This document shows positions 9,608 through 19,369 of a DNA stretch of 64,000 nucleotides, in pieces. Source of the DNA: a virus; the IMG/VR virus record IMGVR_UViG_3300006802_000094, positions 5,284 to 69,283 of that record; one strand, given 5' to 3'. The notes below the pieces were generated by a model. That model saw nothing but the letters and a program-made list of their open reading frames with translations. It had not been told where the DNA came from and searched no databases. A program made the position numbers and the translations under genes. Every line of letters starts with the position of its first letter. The stretch's first letter is position 1.

Positions 9608-10513
9608 TTAATTTATCAAAATTAATTTTTTTGTACAATTAGGACATGTAAATTTTTCTTCAAATCGCTTATCAAAAACAACTTCATTTTCACAAACACA
9701 TTCTTTTATTTCAAAGTCTTCTTTATTTGGTGATTCTTGTGGTGTGTAATTACAAACCAAAGTTTTATCCATTATGTAAGCATATCTGTGTTTTTGTGTT
9801 CTAGGTAACCAAACTCCTTTAGCATCCTTAGTCGTACCTCTATAATTTTTTTTGAAAGTGCCATCACCAATATAAAGAAAAAAGTCACTTTTTGGTGTGG
9901 ATAATCCATAATAAGTGAAATTACACACCTGATAGATACTACCACTATGTCTAGAATTATCAGCTAAAGTAATTACCGCTCTAACATTTTCTTTCTTCAA
10001 TAATCTAATTGATGTACCTAACAAAAATGATGTCGCATTAGTTCCATTTAAGTTTGGTAAAACACATAGTCTAGATAATTCTAAAACTGTTTGGTCAGTA
10101 TTGGGTAATCCAAACCAACCTTTCAGTGCAACATTACCTTGTGGATTTGAGAATGTTGTCACACCTAAAATTTCTTCATCTCCTTTTTTAAATAATCCAA
10201 AAGAAAACTTAGCAAAGAACTTTGCGTCAGCCAAATAATGATATTTTTTTATAAATTCGTAAGCCTGACTTTTATCTATTCTTTTAATTAAATAATCTTT
10301 TTTCTTAAAATTATTATTATGTCTAGGTTTTTCTTTAAATACGGGAAAATTACCATGTGGTACGACATATTCTTTATCTGTTGAATTATTTTTAATTTTA
10401 TAACCACCGTCTACCTTTCCTAAATATATCCCAACATTATTAGAATTGGTTATAAATAAGTCACCATCTTTTAATTTAGATAATGTGGTAGATTCTTTGC
10501 TAAAATTTGTCAT
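9608..10513 (-). CDS. Mom-like (GNAT-fold) DNA modification protein
   Basis: FIKKYHYL, LELSRLC, VITLAD...HSGSIYQVCNFTYYG, KHRY motifs resemble the Mu Mom family. Confidence 0.7.
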   Translation of the reverse strand: MTNFSKESTTLSKLKDGDLFITNSNNVGIYLGKVDGGYKIKNNSTDKEYVVPHGNFPVFKEKPRHNNNFKKKDYLIKRIDKSQAYEFIKKYHYLADAKFFAKFSFGLFKKGDEEILGVTTFSNPQGNVALKGWFGLPNTDQTVLELSRLCVLPNLNGTNATSFLLGTSIRLLKKENVRAVITLADNSRHSGSIYQVCNFTYYGLSTPKSDFFLYIGDGTFKKNYRGTTKDAKGVWLPRTQKHRYAYIMDKTLVCNYTPQESPNKEDFEIKECVCENEVVFDKRFEEKFTCPNCTKKLILIN

Positions 10514-10551
10514 AATTTTATAATTTAATTAAAAATAAATAAAAAAAATAA

Positions 10552-11466
10552 TTAAATCAATAAAGTATTAGTACTCTGATATTTTATTAGAGCGAGTTCT
10601 TTTTTCTTGGCCTCTAACATCACATCAACGTCTACACCATAGGTATTAATATATTCAGAGATATAATCTGAATGTGCTTGTGGTTTAATAGTATCATTAT
10701 TCTCATGTAATGATTTACTCTCAGAGTAGTGAACTACAGGTTTGATATCACCCCAAGTGCTTGCAGCAAGTTTAAGTGCTTCTTCTTCCGTCAGACCACC
10801 TGTATTAAATTTATGGTGGTGATAATCAAACACTATTGGTATGCCTATCCTTTCGTGTATGTACATCAAATCCTTAACTGAATACATTGACTCTTTATCA
10901 TCATTTTCTACAGTCAAACGTGTTTGTACGGATTTAGGTAATCTTTCAAAGTTCTTACAGAACCTATCCATAGCAGAAATCTTATCACCATACACACCAT
11001 TACAATGTATATTAATTTTATTATATGGTGTTCTAGATAAACCAATTAAATCAAATATTTCACCGTGGTTTGATAAATCTTTTATTGTGTTTTCAACAAC
11101 ATTATCGTTGGGTGATACTAAAACATTAAATGGACCTGGATGGAATGTAATTCTATGTCCATATTTTTTAACCAAATGACCCAAACCACTTAACAAGTGT
11201 TTAATCCTAATGTAGTGAGGTAAATCAGATAATTTATATTCTGATGCCCAAGGAAAAATATCCGAACTCATTCTAAAAAATTTAATACCATTATTTTCAT
11301 TCCATTGTATAATTTTTATTAAATCTCTGACATTTAAAATTGATAACTCAGAAGCATAATCGATACCTTTACTAATAAATGTTCGTTTAATCATAGACCT
11401 ATTGGTTGTGACTTTGGGTTTTTCTTTAGATAAAGACATATTAATACAAGCGTATCCTAAATTCAT
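10552..11466 (-). CDS. uvsE: UV damage endonuclease UvsE/UVDE
   Basis: LGYACIN, FFRMSSDIFP, TFHPGPF, LTVENDDK, PIVFDYHHH, HYSES, QAHSD, MLEAKKKE; likely start 11466. Confidence 0.95.
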   Translation of the reverse strand: MNLGYACINMSLSKEKPKVTTNRSMIKRTFISKGIDYASELSILNVRDLIKIIQWNENNGIKFFRMSSDIFPWASEYKLSDLPHYIRIKHLLSGLGHLVKKYGHRITFHPGPFNVLVSPNDNVVENTIKDLSNHGEIFDLIGLSRTPYNKINIHCNGVYGDKISAMDRFCKNFERLPKSVQTRLTVENDDKESMYSVKDLMYIHERIGIPIVFDYHHHKFNTGGLTEEEALKLAASTWGDIKPVVHYSESKSLHENNDTIKPQAHSDYISEYINTYGVDVDVMLEAKKKELALIKYQSTNTLLI

Positions 11467-11534
11467 ATCGAAATAATTAAATTTTAAGTTTTGAACTACC
11501 CAAACCAATAGTATTGGTTAGGTATTTGAGATTT

Positions 11535-11566
11535 CAAATATAAAGAATATTTATTTAAAAAACAAA
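11535..11566 (-). promoter_or_regulatory. Bacteroidota-type promoter for uvsE, overlapping a divergent ATATTTAT motif (11547-11554, plus)
   Basis: TTTG-N20-TATATTTG. Confidence 0.7.
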
Positions 11567-11820
11567 TGAAAGATAGAATAAAAAAATTATTAAGAGAATT
11601 TAGTATTGACGAACTAGATAGAAAAACATATAAAGATGGTCAATTATCTTTAGAATATGTAGATGCTTACGATTACCCAAAATATGTTATTTATTATGAT
11701 ACAGAAGAACTAGTAGATGGTTATGGTGATGAAACAAATATAGTAGTCGCTGAATTAGATTCTAGATTTTTTGATGAAAGAATGGCTAGAATAATATTAC
11801 AATACCTAATAACTAGGTAA
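11566..11820 (+). CDS. hypothetical protein, putative internal virion protein
   Basis: N-terminus MKDRIKKLLRE; ATATTTAT upstream. Confidence 0.65.
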   Translation: MKDRIKKLLREFSIDELDRKTYKDGQLSLEYVDAYDYPKYVIYYDTEELVDGYGDETNIVVAELDSRFFDERMARIILQYLITR

Positions 11821-11848
11821 ACTATTCAACTAAAATTTAGATATGTTC

Positions 11849-11878
11849 AAAAAAAAAACCCCAATATGGGGTTTTTTT
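11849..11878. terminator. bidirectional intrinsic terminator
   Basis: A10-CCCCA-AT-ATGGGG-T7 between convergent units. Confidence 0.85.
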
Positions 11879-11883
11879 ACATT

Positions 11884-11945
11884 GTCAGGAAGGTATTGAT
11901 TGTTGCGTTATCATTTAATTTAAAGTAGATTGCTGAAACCTTCCT
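11884..11945 (-). ncRNA. Ro-associated stem-loop RNA, short unit
   Basis: AGGAAGGU-UUCAGCAA-loop-ACCUUCCU-GAC on the minus strand. Confidence 0.55.
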
Positions 11946-11984
11946 TATTTATATAAACGTGAACTTATCACGGAATTTTTAAAA

Positions 11985-12149
11985 TCTGATGAGTAGTCAG
12001 AATATGGGTGAACTCTTTTTTAATTTAGGACTTCTGAGACTAAAAATCCCTTTTTTATTTTTTCAACAAGGTGGGGGAATATTTCCACCTCTCTCTTTCA
12101 TAGTTATATTTAACTTTTGCTGAAAGTATTCTTTGGTCTACTCATCAGA
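11985..12149 (-). ncRNA. Ro-associated stem-loop RNA, long unit (Y-RNA-like candidate)
   Basis: 12-bp closing stem (11985-11996/12138-12149), inner AGAATA/TATTCT stem, UUUCAGCAA at 12117-12125, internal hairpin AGGTGG/CCACCT. Confidence 0.6.
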
Positions 12150-13560
12150 CCGTTATTGGTTCGTATCGAAGTGAATCGACAGTCTCCATCATCATGTTAT
12201 AAGGTGTGAAGTTATCACAAGTTAAAACATTTTTCATGATTGAAGGTGAGAATCCAGATACTAGTACTGTCCCCATTTCATTAAATGAAGTTGGGAAATT
12301 ATCGTTTCTAGCATTTATGTTCCAGTAAACGATATCTGGTGTTTTATACCCAGCATTCTCAAACATCTCTTTAATCATTTGTTGTGCGGTTGGGTTCCAT
12401 TTACCTAACACATTAGCTGAATCGAATTCCATGTCTGAAAGAATCAGAACTTTAGTTGGCATCTCATGTTGAGACACTTGATGCTTGACTGCTTGTTCTA
12501 AAATTAATTCAAAAGTAGATGCTAAGTTTGTATTCATACCCCAATCAGCTCTTTTTAGTTGTTGATATCTATCTTTTAAATCACCATTAAGTACTTGAAA
12601 TGTTGGTCTCTCTGAGAACGTAATAAACGTATCTTTGAACTGACCTACATTTCTTTCCGAAATATATAGACCTAGTGATATTGCAACATCCATACAAGAA
12701 ACATTAGGATTGTTACCCGCTGAACATACCATAGAACCCGAAACATCTACAACTGGTAGTATTCTTTCTTCAGAACCTTCCATATAGTTAGGTAAAGCTT
12801 TCCACTGTTCACTCGCAATTTCGGAGTCCCCAAACTTAAGTGATTTAGTGATATCATAAGGATATACCGCTCCAGCGTTAATTTTCACAGTACCCTTTTT
12901 AAGAGAATTAATATATTCTCTATATCTTTCACCGTCATTTTTGTGGAAAGCTTTTTGGTATCTAGATGCGGCTAAGGATGGTAATTTAGAATAATCGATA
13001 TTCTCCCATTTTTTAGAACACATACTAGTTTCAACCACATTAGTCAAACTAACTAATAATTTACGATACTCTTTAGGTGTCATATTCAAATACTTTCTAA
13101 TTGTATTTGCCTTAACACCTTTTCTTGGCATCCACTTTGCACATAAACCATCTTTGTTGTTTAAAGCTGATTTAATTAATTCAAGTGGTTCCAACCAACA
13201 GTTGTCTGTACCTACAAGAGTTAGGACATCGTCCCATCTTCCATATTCACTAATTAAGTGAACATTTTTTTTAAGTACTTCACTGTGGTTTTTACATAAC
13301 CAACCTAAAATATCTCTAAAAATTTGTCTTTCACCAGCACCTTCTCTCACATCTCTTGCCCAGAATAAAATTTTCATAGCAATTAGAGCGTCTTCATTAT
13401 ATGCTTTTGAGAACTTTGAAATAAGTTTTTTCTTATTTATCCCTCTCATCGCACCTATCTGAAAAAATAGGTTCACACAGTGGTTCAAAGAAGATGAATT
13501 AGTTGCCATCCCATTTTCGGTTACCGTGTCTTGTGTCTGAAGTGCGTCTCTCAAATTCAT
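12145..13560 (-). CDS. Ro60/TROVE-like protein with vWA domain (DUF2828 family)
   Basis: TENG start, RDVREGAGER, EYGRWDD, AKWMPR, MIDAS-like DVSGSM, WGMNTN, ILSDMEFD, IVYWN, VSGFSP. Confidence 0.85.
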   Translation of the reverse strand: MNLRDALQTQDTVTENGMATNSSSLNHCVNLFFQIGAMRGINKKKLISKFSKAYNEDALIAMKILFWARDVREGAGERQIFRDILGWLCKNHSEVLKKNVHLISEYGRWDDVLTLVGTDNCWLEPLELIKSALNNKDGLCAKWMPRKGVKANTIRKYLNMTPKEYRKLLVSLTNVVETSMCSKKWENIDYSKLPSLAASRYQKAFHKNDGERYREYINSLKKGTVKINAGAVYPYDITKSLKFGDSEIASEQWKALPNYMEGSEERILPVVDVSGSMVCSAGNNPNVSCMDVAISLGLYISERNVGQFKDTFITFSERPTFQVLNGDLKDRYQQLKRADWGMNTNLASTFELILEQAVKHQVSQHEMPTKVLILSDMEFDSANVLGKWNPTAQQMIKEMFENAGYKTPDIVYWNINARNDNFPTSFNEMGTVLVSGFSPSIMKNVLTCDNFTPYNMMMETVDSLRYEPITV

Positions 13561-13636
13561 GATAAATAGGTTAATTTAATTTTTGGTTAGTATTATAAAT
13601 ATTAAATAAATTAGTAAAAGTGACTAACGTTGTTCA

Positions 13637-13665
13637 AGTATATTAAAAAAAATCACTCCTGTCAA
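13637..13665 (-). promoter_or_regulatory. sigma70-consensus promoter upstream of the Ro-like gene
   Basis: TTGACA-N17-TATACT; a TATTTATA motif also lies at 13594-13601. Confidence 0.65.
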
Positions 13666-13694
13666 GCCCCAAGACGTAATTTTTTTATTTTTTT

Positions 13695-13913
13695 TTAATT
13701 TCCAATTTTTTCCATAAATAAATTAAGGTTTTCCAACTTGTCGTTGGCCGAAGCTAACTTATCTAAAGCTATCATCGCCTCCTCTACTTGTTGTGGATGT
13801 TCACCAATACCAACACTATTACACATGTAATTGTTTAGTGTAAATTCTGCTTCTGCTTTTTCAGCTTCACATTGTGCTTTTAAAGCTAAGTACATTAAAT
13901 CTTTCCCTTTCAT
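13695..13913 (-). CDS. conserved phage hypothetical protein
   Basis: VGIGEHPQ motif, helical. Confidence 0.7.
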   Translation of the reverse strand: MKGKDLMYLALKAQCEAEKAEAEFTLNNYMCNSVGIGEHPQQVEEAMIALDKLASANDKLENLNLFMEKIGN

Positions 13914-13957
13914 TTTTTTTAATTTGTTTTTAATTGTGAATTTTTAATATGTTGTAA

Positions 13958-14560
13958 TTAGTGAAATGAAACAAAACCATTTTCTGATGCAACTTTAAAA
14001 GCTTCTTTCCAATCATCATATTTTGCAAAAAACCATTCCATATCTCTAATATCATATTCTTTGTATGGGTGTACTTTTAAAAACCACATATCTATGTTTT
14101 CTTTGATTTTACCTTCATTATTTATAAAATCATTATATAGTTTTTTACTTAACTTAGGTCCTATTATACCATCTGAATCTGAAAAATTAATTAATTCTGA
14201 AAATGGTGGACTTTCTGGTTTACCAATTATTGATTCATCTTCTAATGACCAAACTTCTTGAGCTCCACCTGAGAAACCAGCAGCTAAAGCTAAATCATCT
14301 CTCCATTCATTATACCCACTATAACTACCAGCCCTAAATGAATTTTCACCCAAATTACGTGGTACCAAATACCAACCATTTTCTAAACCTTCTAAATGTT
14401 TTGGCCAATTACTATTTTTTTTGTCTATGTAATAAAGATAGTTATTTGGATATTGTTTATCCCATTCATCAAATTCCTTATTAAAAGGTTTAACACCTTT
14501 TGGTACTTTATTGGGTGGTATATGTTCTACGTTTGAATAATATGATATATCTAATCCCAT
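13958..14560 (-). CDS. phage hypothetical protein (MGLD family)
   Basis: MGLDI start, GSYSGYNEWR, LINFSDSDG. Confidence 0.7.
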   Translation of the reverse strand: MGLDISYYSNVEHIPPNKVPKGVKPFNKEFDEWDKQYPNNYLYYIDKKNSNWPKHLEGLENGWYLVPRNLGENSFRAGSYSGYNEWRDDLALAAGFSGGAQEVWSLEDESIIGKPESPPFSELINFSDSDGIIGPKLSKKLYNDFINNEGKIKENIDMWFLKVHPYKEYDIRDMEWFFAKYDDWKEAFKVASENGFVSFH

Positions 14561-14832
14561 TATAACATTAATTTTTTAATCTTTTCTACACCCTCTTCAA
14601 TTTCATCAAAATCATTATCTGGTGCCAAATAAATTTTACTTTTTTCGTCATGATTCACGATACAAGCTGTTGGTATATATTGTGTGTTAGCTTCTTTACT
14701 AACTTTATCCCACTCTTTATCAAATCTTTCAATATCTCTGACTAAAAATTTAATGCCTTCTTTTTCTAATAAATTTTTCATTTTAGTACACCAAGGACAC
14801 CCTTCTTCTGAATATATTAATAATGTTTTCAT
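14560..14832 (-). CDS. glutaredoxin-like protein
   Basis: GCPWC, YIPT. Confidence 0.85.
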   Translation of the reverse strand: MKTLLIYSEEGCPWCTKMKNLLEKEGIKFLVRDIERFDKEWDKVSKEANTQYIPTACIVNHDEKSKIYLAPDNDFDEIEEGVEKIKKLML

Positions 14833-14838
14833 ATAATA

Positions 14839-15150
14839 TTAATTTAAATAGTAGTTAATTTTATCTTTGTAAAAACTTTTTTCTCGCAAACCAACAATTC
14901 TTTCTACTTCAACACCTTCTTTGTATATTATAATAGTTGGTATACTCCTTACTTGATGTTGAGACGAAGCTTCTGCATTATCAGTAACATTAACTTTACC
15001 TATTATTGCTTTATCAGCGAAATCATTTTCCAATTCTTCTATAGTTGGTGTTAACATCCTACATGGTCCGCACCATTCAGCCCAAAAATCAACTAGAACA
15101 ACACGATTTTCTTTAATTGTGCTTTCTAATGTGTTATCGTTTAATTCCAT
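14839..15150 (-). CDS. trxA: thioredoxin
   Basis: VDFWAEWCGPCR, VRSIPT. Confidence 0.95.
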   Translation of the reverse strand: MELNDNTLESTIKENRVVLVDFWAEWCGPCRMLTPTIEELENDFADKAIIGKVNVTDNAEASSQHQVRSIPTIIIYKEGVEVERIVGLREKSFYKDKINYYLN

Positions 15151-15152
15151 AA

Positions 15153-15428
15153 TTATAAATATTGTTTTAATTCTAACAAAGCCTCATCTGGTGTATTAAA
15201 ATCTCTACCAGCAGCTATATAAATTCTATTTTTTTTATCTTCTACCAAAATAGTAGGTGTATACATAATGTTAGAATTAGTTTTTAATTCTTCTTTTCTT
15301 ATTTCTTCCCAAAGTTCTTTGTTTTTTAATACTTCAATAACTTTGTATTTTATATTTTCTTGTGTCAGTAGGTCTTTTAAAGCGACACAAGTTTTACATT
15401 CCCATTGACTAAATAATGTTATTCTCAT
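15153..15428 (-). CDS. glutaredoxin-like protein
   Basis: CKTC, YTPT; paralog of 14560..14832 and 5179..5700. Confidence 0.75.
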   Translation of the reverse strand: MRITLFSQWECKTCVALKDLLTQENIKYKVIEVLKNKELWEEIRKEELKTNSNIMYTPTILVEDKKNRIYIAAGRDFNTPDEALLELKQYL

Positions 15429-15431
15429 ATT

Positions 15432-16511
15432 TTAAACTTCAATTGTTCTAAATTTATTTTCTGCTTTTAATAAAGTATCATAAATAATACCACATAATAA
15501 GTATGGATTAGCATTACTAGCTGGTCTTCTATCTTCCAAATAACCCTTCCAACCATTTTCTATTGTGCTTATAGGTATTCTTATACTAGCACCTCTATCA
15601 CTTACACCATAACTAAATTTATCAATGTGTTGGGTTTCATGTAATCCAGTTAATCTTTTTTCATTCCCATCACCATATAATTTAATATGGTTTTTATGGT
15701 TTTTACCAAACTCTTCACAAATAGATTCAAACATTTCTTTTCCACCAACTTCTCTAGTTAAATCACTAGAAAAATTAACATGCAACCCAGAACCATTCCA
15801 GTCTCCTTTAATTGGTTTTGGATTAAAATTAACTTTTAAATCATATTTTTCTGTTAATCTTATTAACAAAAATCTAGATAACCATAATTCATCACTAGCT
15901 TTTTTAGCTCCTTCTGAAAATACTTGGTACTCCCACTGTCCTACCATCACTTCAGCATTAACACCAGTAATATTAAGATTAGCTTCCAAACAAACTTGTA
16001 AATGTTCTTCTATAATATCACGACCTACAACATTTTCAGAACCCACACCACAATAATATTGTCCTTGTGGTTTAGGATAACCTTCACTTGGGAAACCCAA
16101 AGGTTTGTTATTTTTTATTGTTAAAGTATATTCTTGTTCAAAACCAAACCAATATTGTTCATCATCAATTAAATTATGTCTATAATTTGTTTCATGTGGT
16201 GAACCATCAGCATTTAAAACTTCACACATAACTAAATAACCATCTAATCGTTGTGGGTCCATTATAACATGAACTGGTTTTAATAAACAATCTGAATTAT
16301 TACCATCAGCTTGTTTAGTTGATGAACCGTCAAATGACCATTGAGGTAATTCTTCGGGACAAGGAATTACTCTTCCATTATAAGCCAATGTTCTCTTAGT
16401 TTGCATTTTGGGGTCACTCATTGGGTCATAATCCCATATTTTGGTTTTACTCCTTAATTTTTGTGTTGGTTGGTAACCATCTAACCAAATATACTCTAGT
16501 TTTACTTTCAT
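15432..16511 (-). CDS. glnII: glutamine synthetase type II
   Basis: KLEYIWLDG, WSFDGSST, GFEQEY, NAEVMVGQWEYQ, GDWNGSGLH, DRGASIRIP, YLEDRRPASNANPY. Confidence 0.95.
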   Translation of the reverse strand: MKVKLEYIWLDGYQPTQKLRSKTKIWDYDPMSDPKMQTKRTLAYNGRVIPCPEELPQWSFDGSSTKQADGNNSDCLLKPVHVIMDPQRLDGYLVMCEVLNADGSPHETNYRHNLIDDEQYWFGFEQEYTLTIKNNKPLGFPSEGYPKPQGQYYCGVGSENVVGRDIIEEHLQVCLEANLNITGVNAEVMVGQWEYQVFSEGAKKASDELWLSRFLLIRLTEKYDLKVNFNPKPIKGDWNGSGLHVNFSSDLTREVGGKEMFESICEEFGKNHKNHIKLYGDGNEKRLTGLHETQHIDKFSYGVSDRGASIRIPISTIENGWKGYLEDRRPASNANPYLLCGIIYDTLLKAENKFRTIEV

Positions 16512-16560
16512 CTTAATAATGTATCGTATTTTTATTTATATTTAAACATAATAACTAATT

Positions 16561-18348
16561 TTAAAAAGGTAAATCTATTAACTCATGAATTTCTTCACCT
16601 GACACAAACCCAGCATATTCTTTACTGTATTTTAAAATTTTTCTTTCATTAGTAATTTTGTCATATATATTAATTGTAGGCATTACTTCACTTTTTGGTT
16701 TACACACATAATCCAAAAATTCTTTCCTAAGTAATTTTTTAACAATTTCCCATTCATTATCTGGAATAGCATTGTACTTCATTCTAGCTTGAACCAATTT
16801 AGGTTCACCTATATTGTTCATTTTAAATTCACAAGTCATTCTATTCGTATTGCTAGGATAATCCTTTCTTACCGATATAATAATACTATCGTATCTGTCT
16901 AAATAAGTTCTAACACAATGATGTTGTATTTGTCCTTCATTGAAATATTCAAAATCATTATCCAACACTTTTACAAAATATTTTGTGTCATCAACAATTA
17001 TTGGTTTTTCTATATGTTCCAAAAATTTAGATGGGTATATGTAACTAACTTCTTTATTTCTTTCTAATTGGTTTATTAAAGATGCCCATTCAATATGTTC
17101 TTGTTCAAAATCTAAAATAGTTTTTGCCTTTATTTTTTTAACCACACCATATGACTTTAACTTTTCTCTCATACTAATATGGTCATATAATTCATTTATA
17201 AACCACTTTATCCTATCACAATCAAGTGACGTATTATATATGTTAATTATATTTTTCTTTTCATGTTTATTGAGTTCACCTTCCAATTTTAAAGTTTTAG
17301 CATAACTTACCCACTTATTATCTGTAAAATTATTACTTTTAATTAAAATATTTGGTTTGATTTGTTTTATATTATCATCACCTAAATAATCCCTTAAATG
17401 TGTTAAGTCGGTAATGTTACATTTTGGATTTAAATTCAATAATCGATTATAAAATTTACCATTTAATCCATTTTCTTTCAATATAGATTGAAGTAAATTC
17501 ATATTATTTTTTTTCAATATTTTTATTCCAGGATAATGATTTATTAAATAATATTTGTAATCGTTTGGTACTTTAATACTTCTAACCTTAACAAACCATT
17601 CCATGATTATATTACCTAAAATCTCCGATTGGTCGCCAACAAATATATTTTTTTTAAAACTATTAGTGGTATTTCCTAAACCTAATTCATCATATAATGC
17701 CGTTAATAAAGGAGTAACATTTATTGTATTTATTTTTCTTTTGTTTAATGAAGAATTTAACTGCACACCTTTTAATACACTTAAATTGTTCTGAAATTTC
17801 AATGACTTTATTCTTGTGTCAATCTTACTAAAGTCATTTTTACTTGTAAAAGTGTGTCTTCTTCTGTTACTAAATGTGCTTGTTGTAATATAAAAATTAT
17901 TAGTTTTTATGTTAAAGGTGATATGTATATCATTACTTTCTTTTTTAAAATATCTGTAACCAACTACTCTTGATTTAGTAAAATTAAAAATGGATACCTT
18001 AATCTTATCTTCATTTTTTTCTAATACAATTGTAACTCTATCAACTAACGCACTATAAAAAATATTAGTGGATTTATCCAACCATTCTTTTTCTTCCACA
18101 TGTAACACATTATTGTGTTTAGGTGTAAAATAACCCATCTCGACATGTTTAATTGGACCGAAAGAATTTGAATTAGATTTTTTAATATATGGTGTGACTG
18201 TTTTATTGGAATAATTTTCAATAACTAAATCATCATTAAAGTCAGTTTTATTTTCAAGTAATTCATTATAATCATAATGTCCTAATAATTGAAATTTTTC
18301 ATCAACTACCTTAAAAATATTAACCCAACTAGTATTTTTTTTAGCCAT
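16561..18348 (-). CDS. PcfJ-like domain protein
   Basis: C-terminal EGQIQHHCVRTY...R.TCE...QAR..YN motif. Confidence 0.65.
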   Translation of the reverse strand: MAKKNTSWVNIFKVVDEKFQLLGHYDYNELLENKTDFNDDLVIENYSNKTVTPYIKKSNSNSFGPIKHVEMGYFTPKHNNVLHVEEKEWLDKSTNIFYSALVDRVTIVLEKNEDKIKVSIFNFTKSRVVGYRYFKKESNDIHITFNIKTNNFYITTSTFSNRRRHTFTSKNDFSKIDTRIKSLKFQNNLSVLKGVQLNSSLNKRKINTINVTPLLTALYDELGLGNTTNSFKKNIFVGDQSEILGNIIMEWFVKVRSIKVPNDYKYYLINHYPGIKILKKNNMNLLQSILKENGLNGKFYNRLLNLNPKCNITDLTHLRDYLGDDNIKQIKPNILIKSNNFTDNKWVSYAKTLKLEGELNKHEKKNIINIYNTSLDCDRIKWFINELYDHISMREKLKSYGVVKKIKAKTILDFEQEHIEWASLINQLERNKEVSYIYPSKFLEHIEKPIIVDDTKYFVKVLDNDFEYFNEGQIQHHCVRTYLDRYDSIIISVRKDYPSNTNRMTCEFKMNNIGEPKLVQARMKYNAIPDNEWEIVKKLLRKEFLDYVCKPKSEVMPTINIYDKITNERKILKYSKEYAGFVSGEEIHELIDLPF

Positions 18349-18383
18349 TTTATAATTTTTTGTAAAATTAATTCAACTTTTAG

Positions 18384-18457
18384 TGGTCTTGGTAGGGCTC
18401 GAACCTACGACCTGCGGATTATGAGTCCGATGCTCTAACCAACTGAGCTACAAGACC
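18384..18457 (-). tRNA. tRNA with CAU anticodon, probably tRNA-Ile2 (lysidine); elongator Met not excluded
   Basis: GGUCUUG UAGCUCAGUUGGUUAGAGC A UCGGA CUCAUAA UCCGC AGGUC GUAGG UUCGAGC CCUAC CAAGACC A; C4-G69 pair and GACUCAUAAUC as in Ile2; no encoded CCA. Confidence 0.9.
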
Positions 18458-18492
18458 TTTTAAATTCAGATAAGAATCTTATATAAAAAATT

Positions 18493-18530
18493 AAAAGAAC
18501 TCCAACTAACTTGAGAGGAGTTCTTTTTTT
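18493..18530. terminator. stem-loop, probable terminator
   Basis: AAAAGAACTCC/GGAGTTCTTTT. Confidence 0.65.
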
Positions 18531-18545
18531 AATAACACCAACCAT

Positions 18546-19313
18546 TTATGAAACATACTCTTCAGCTAATGTCCATAGGTCTTTATTAATTTTCAACCTT
18601 TGGTCAATATTAGTCAGTTCTCTAACAGTTTGTTGTCTCCCAGATGATAAAAAGTAAGTAATTCCACCTCTAATAATTTTTTCTTGAACAATATTAAAGA
18701 CTTCCCAAAGTTTATCTCCCTGGTCCTCACTTCTAGTTGGTTTAAGGATGTCTGAAATTGGAATATAGTCTTGTCCATCCTTCCAACGAGTTAGAATCGC
18801 TTTTTTAGCAAAATCTTTTTTAGCGACCTCACTCATAGTGGTATTTTTAAAGCTATCGACACATCCCATAATTTTAGGAATTGAAGTGACAATCTTATCC
18901 GTTATTTTTTGAACATCTTCAAGTTTATACCACTGATGTTTGATTTTAACTTTTTCGAAAGTTTGGTCAGCGATAACTAACCCATTTAAACAAGCGAATC
19001 GAAAAAGTCCCGCGTGTAGATTAAATGCATGTCTACCATCATGTGAATTAGTTAAAACAATTTCTGGTACAATACCATCTACGATAGGTACCTCATTGTT
19101 TCTAAATCTCAACATATGTTTGGTGAACATTCCTTGACCAGTTCTAGAATTTCTTTGACTAGCTGAATAAACCTGCCAACCTTCTTGACCTAAATCATCC
19201 ATAATTTGTGTTGTTGGGATAAAACTATATTTATCTGACACGTTAGTTGATGGTTGTTTAGCGTAAACTGAAGGTGCTATAGTTTCAATAAAAGACTGTG
19301 TTAATGGTTCCAT
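18546..19313 (-). CDS. DUF932/DUF945 family protein
   Basis: SDKYSFIPT, KHMLRFR, NSHDG, GLFRFACLNGL, LWEVFNIVQE. Confidence 0.85.
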   Translation of the reverse strand: MEPLTQSFIETIAPSVYAKQPSTNVSDKYSFIPTTQIMDDLGQEGWQVYSASQRNSRTGQGMFTKHMLRFRNNEVPIVDGIVPEIVLTNSHDGRHAFNLHAGLFRFACLNGLVIADQTFEKVKIKHQWYKLEDVQKITDKIVTSIPKIMGCVDSFKNTTMSEVAKKDFAKKAILTRWKDGQDYIPISDILKPTRSEDQGDKLWEVFNIVQEKIIRGGITYFLSSGRQQTVRELTNIDQRLKINKDLWTLAEEYVS

Positions 19314-19369
19314 AAATTTTTCTATTATTTTTATTTATTTTATTATTCTTTATTTATATGATTGTAGTA

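Noticed and set aside
11986-12010. CUGAUGAG resembling a hammerhead ribozyme core
   Set aside because: No stem II followed by GAAA on either strand; the sequence is one arm of a 12-bp inverted repeat.
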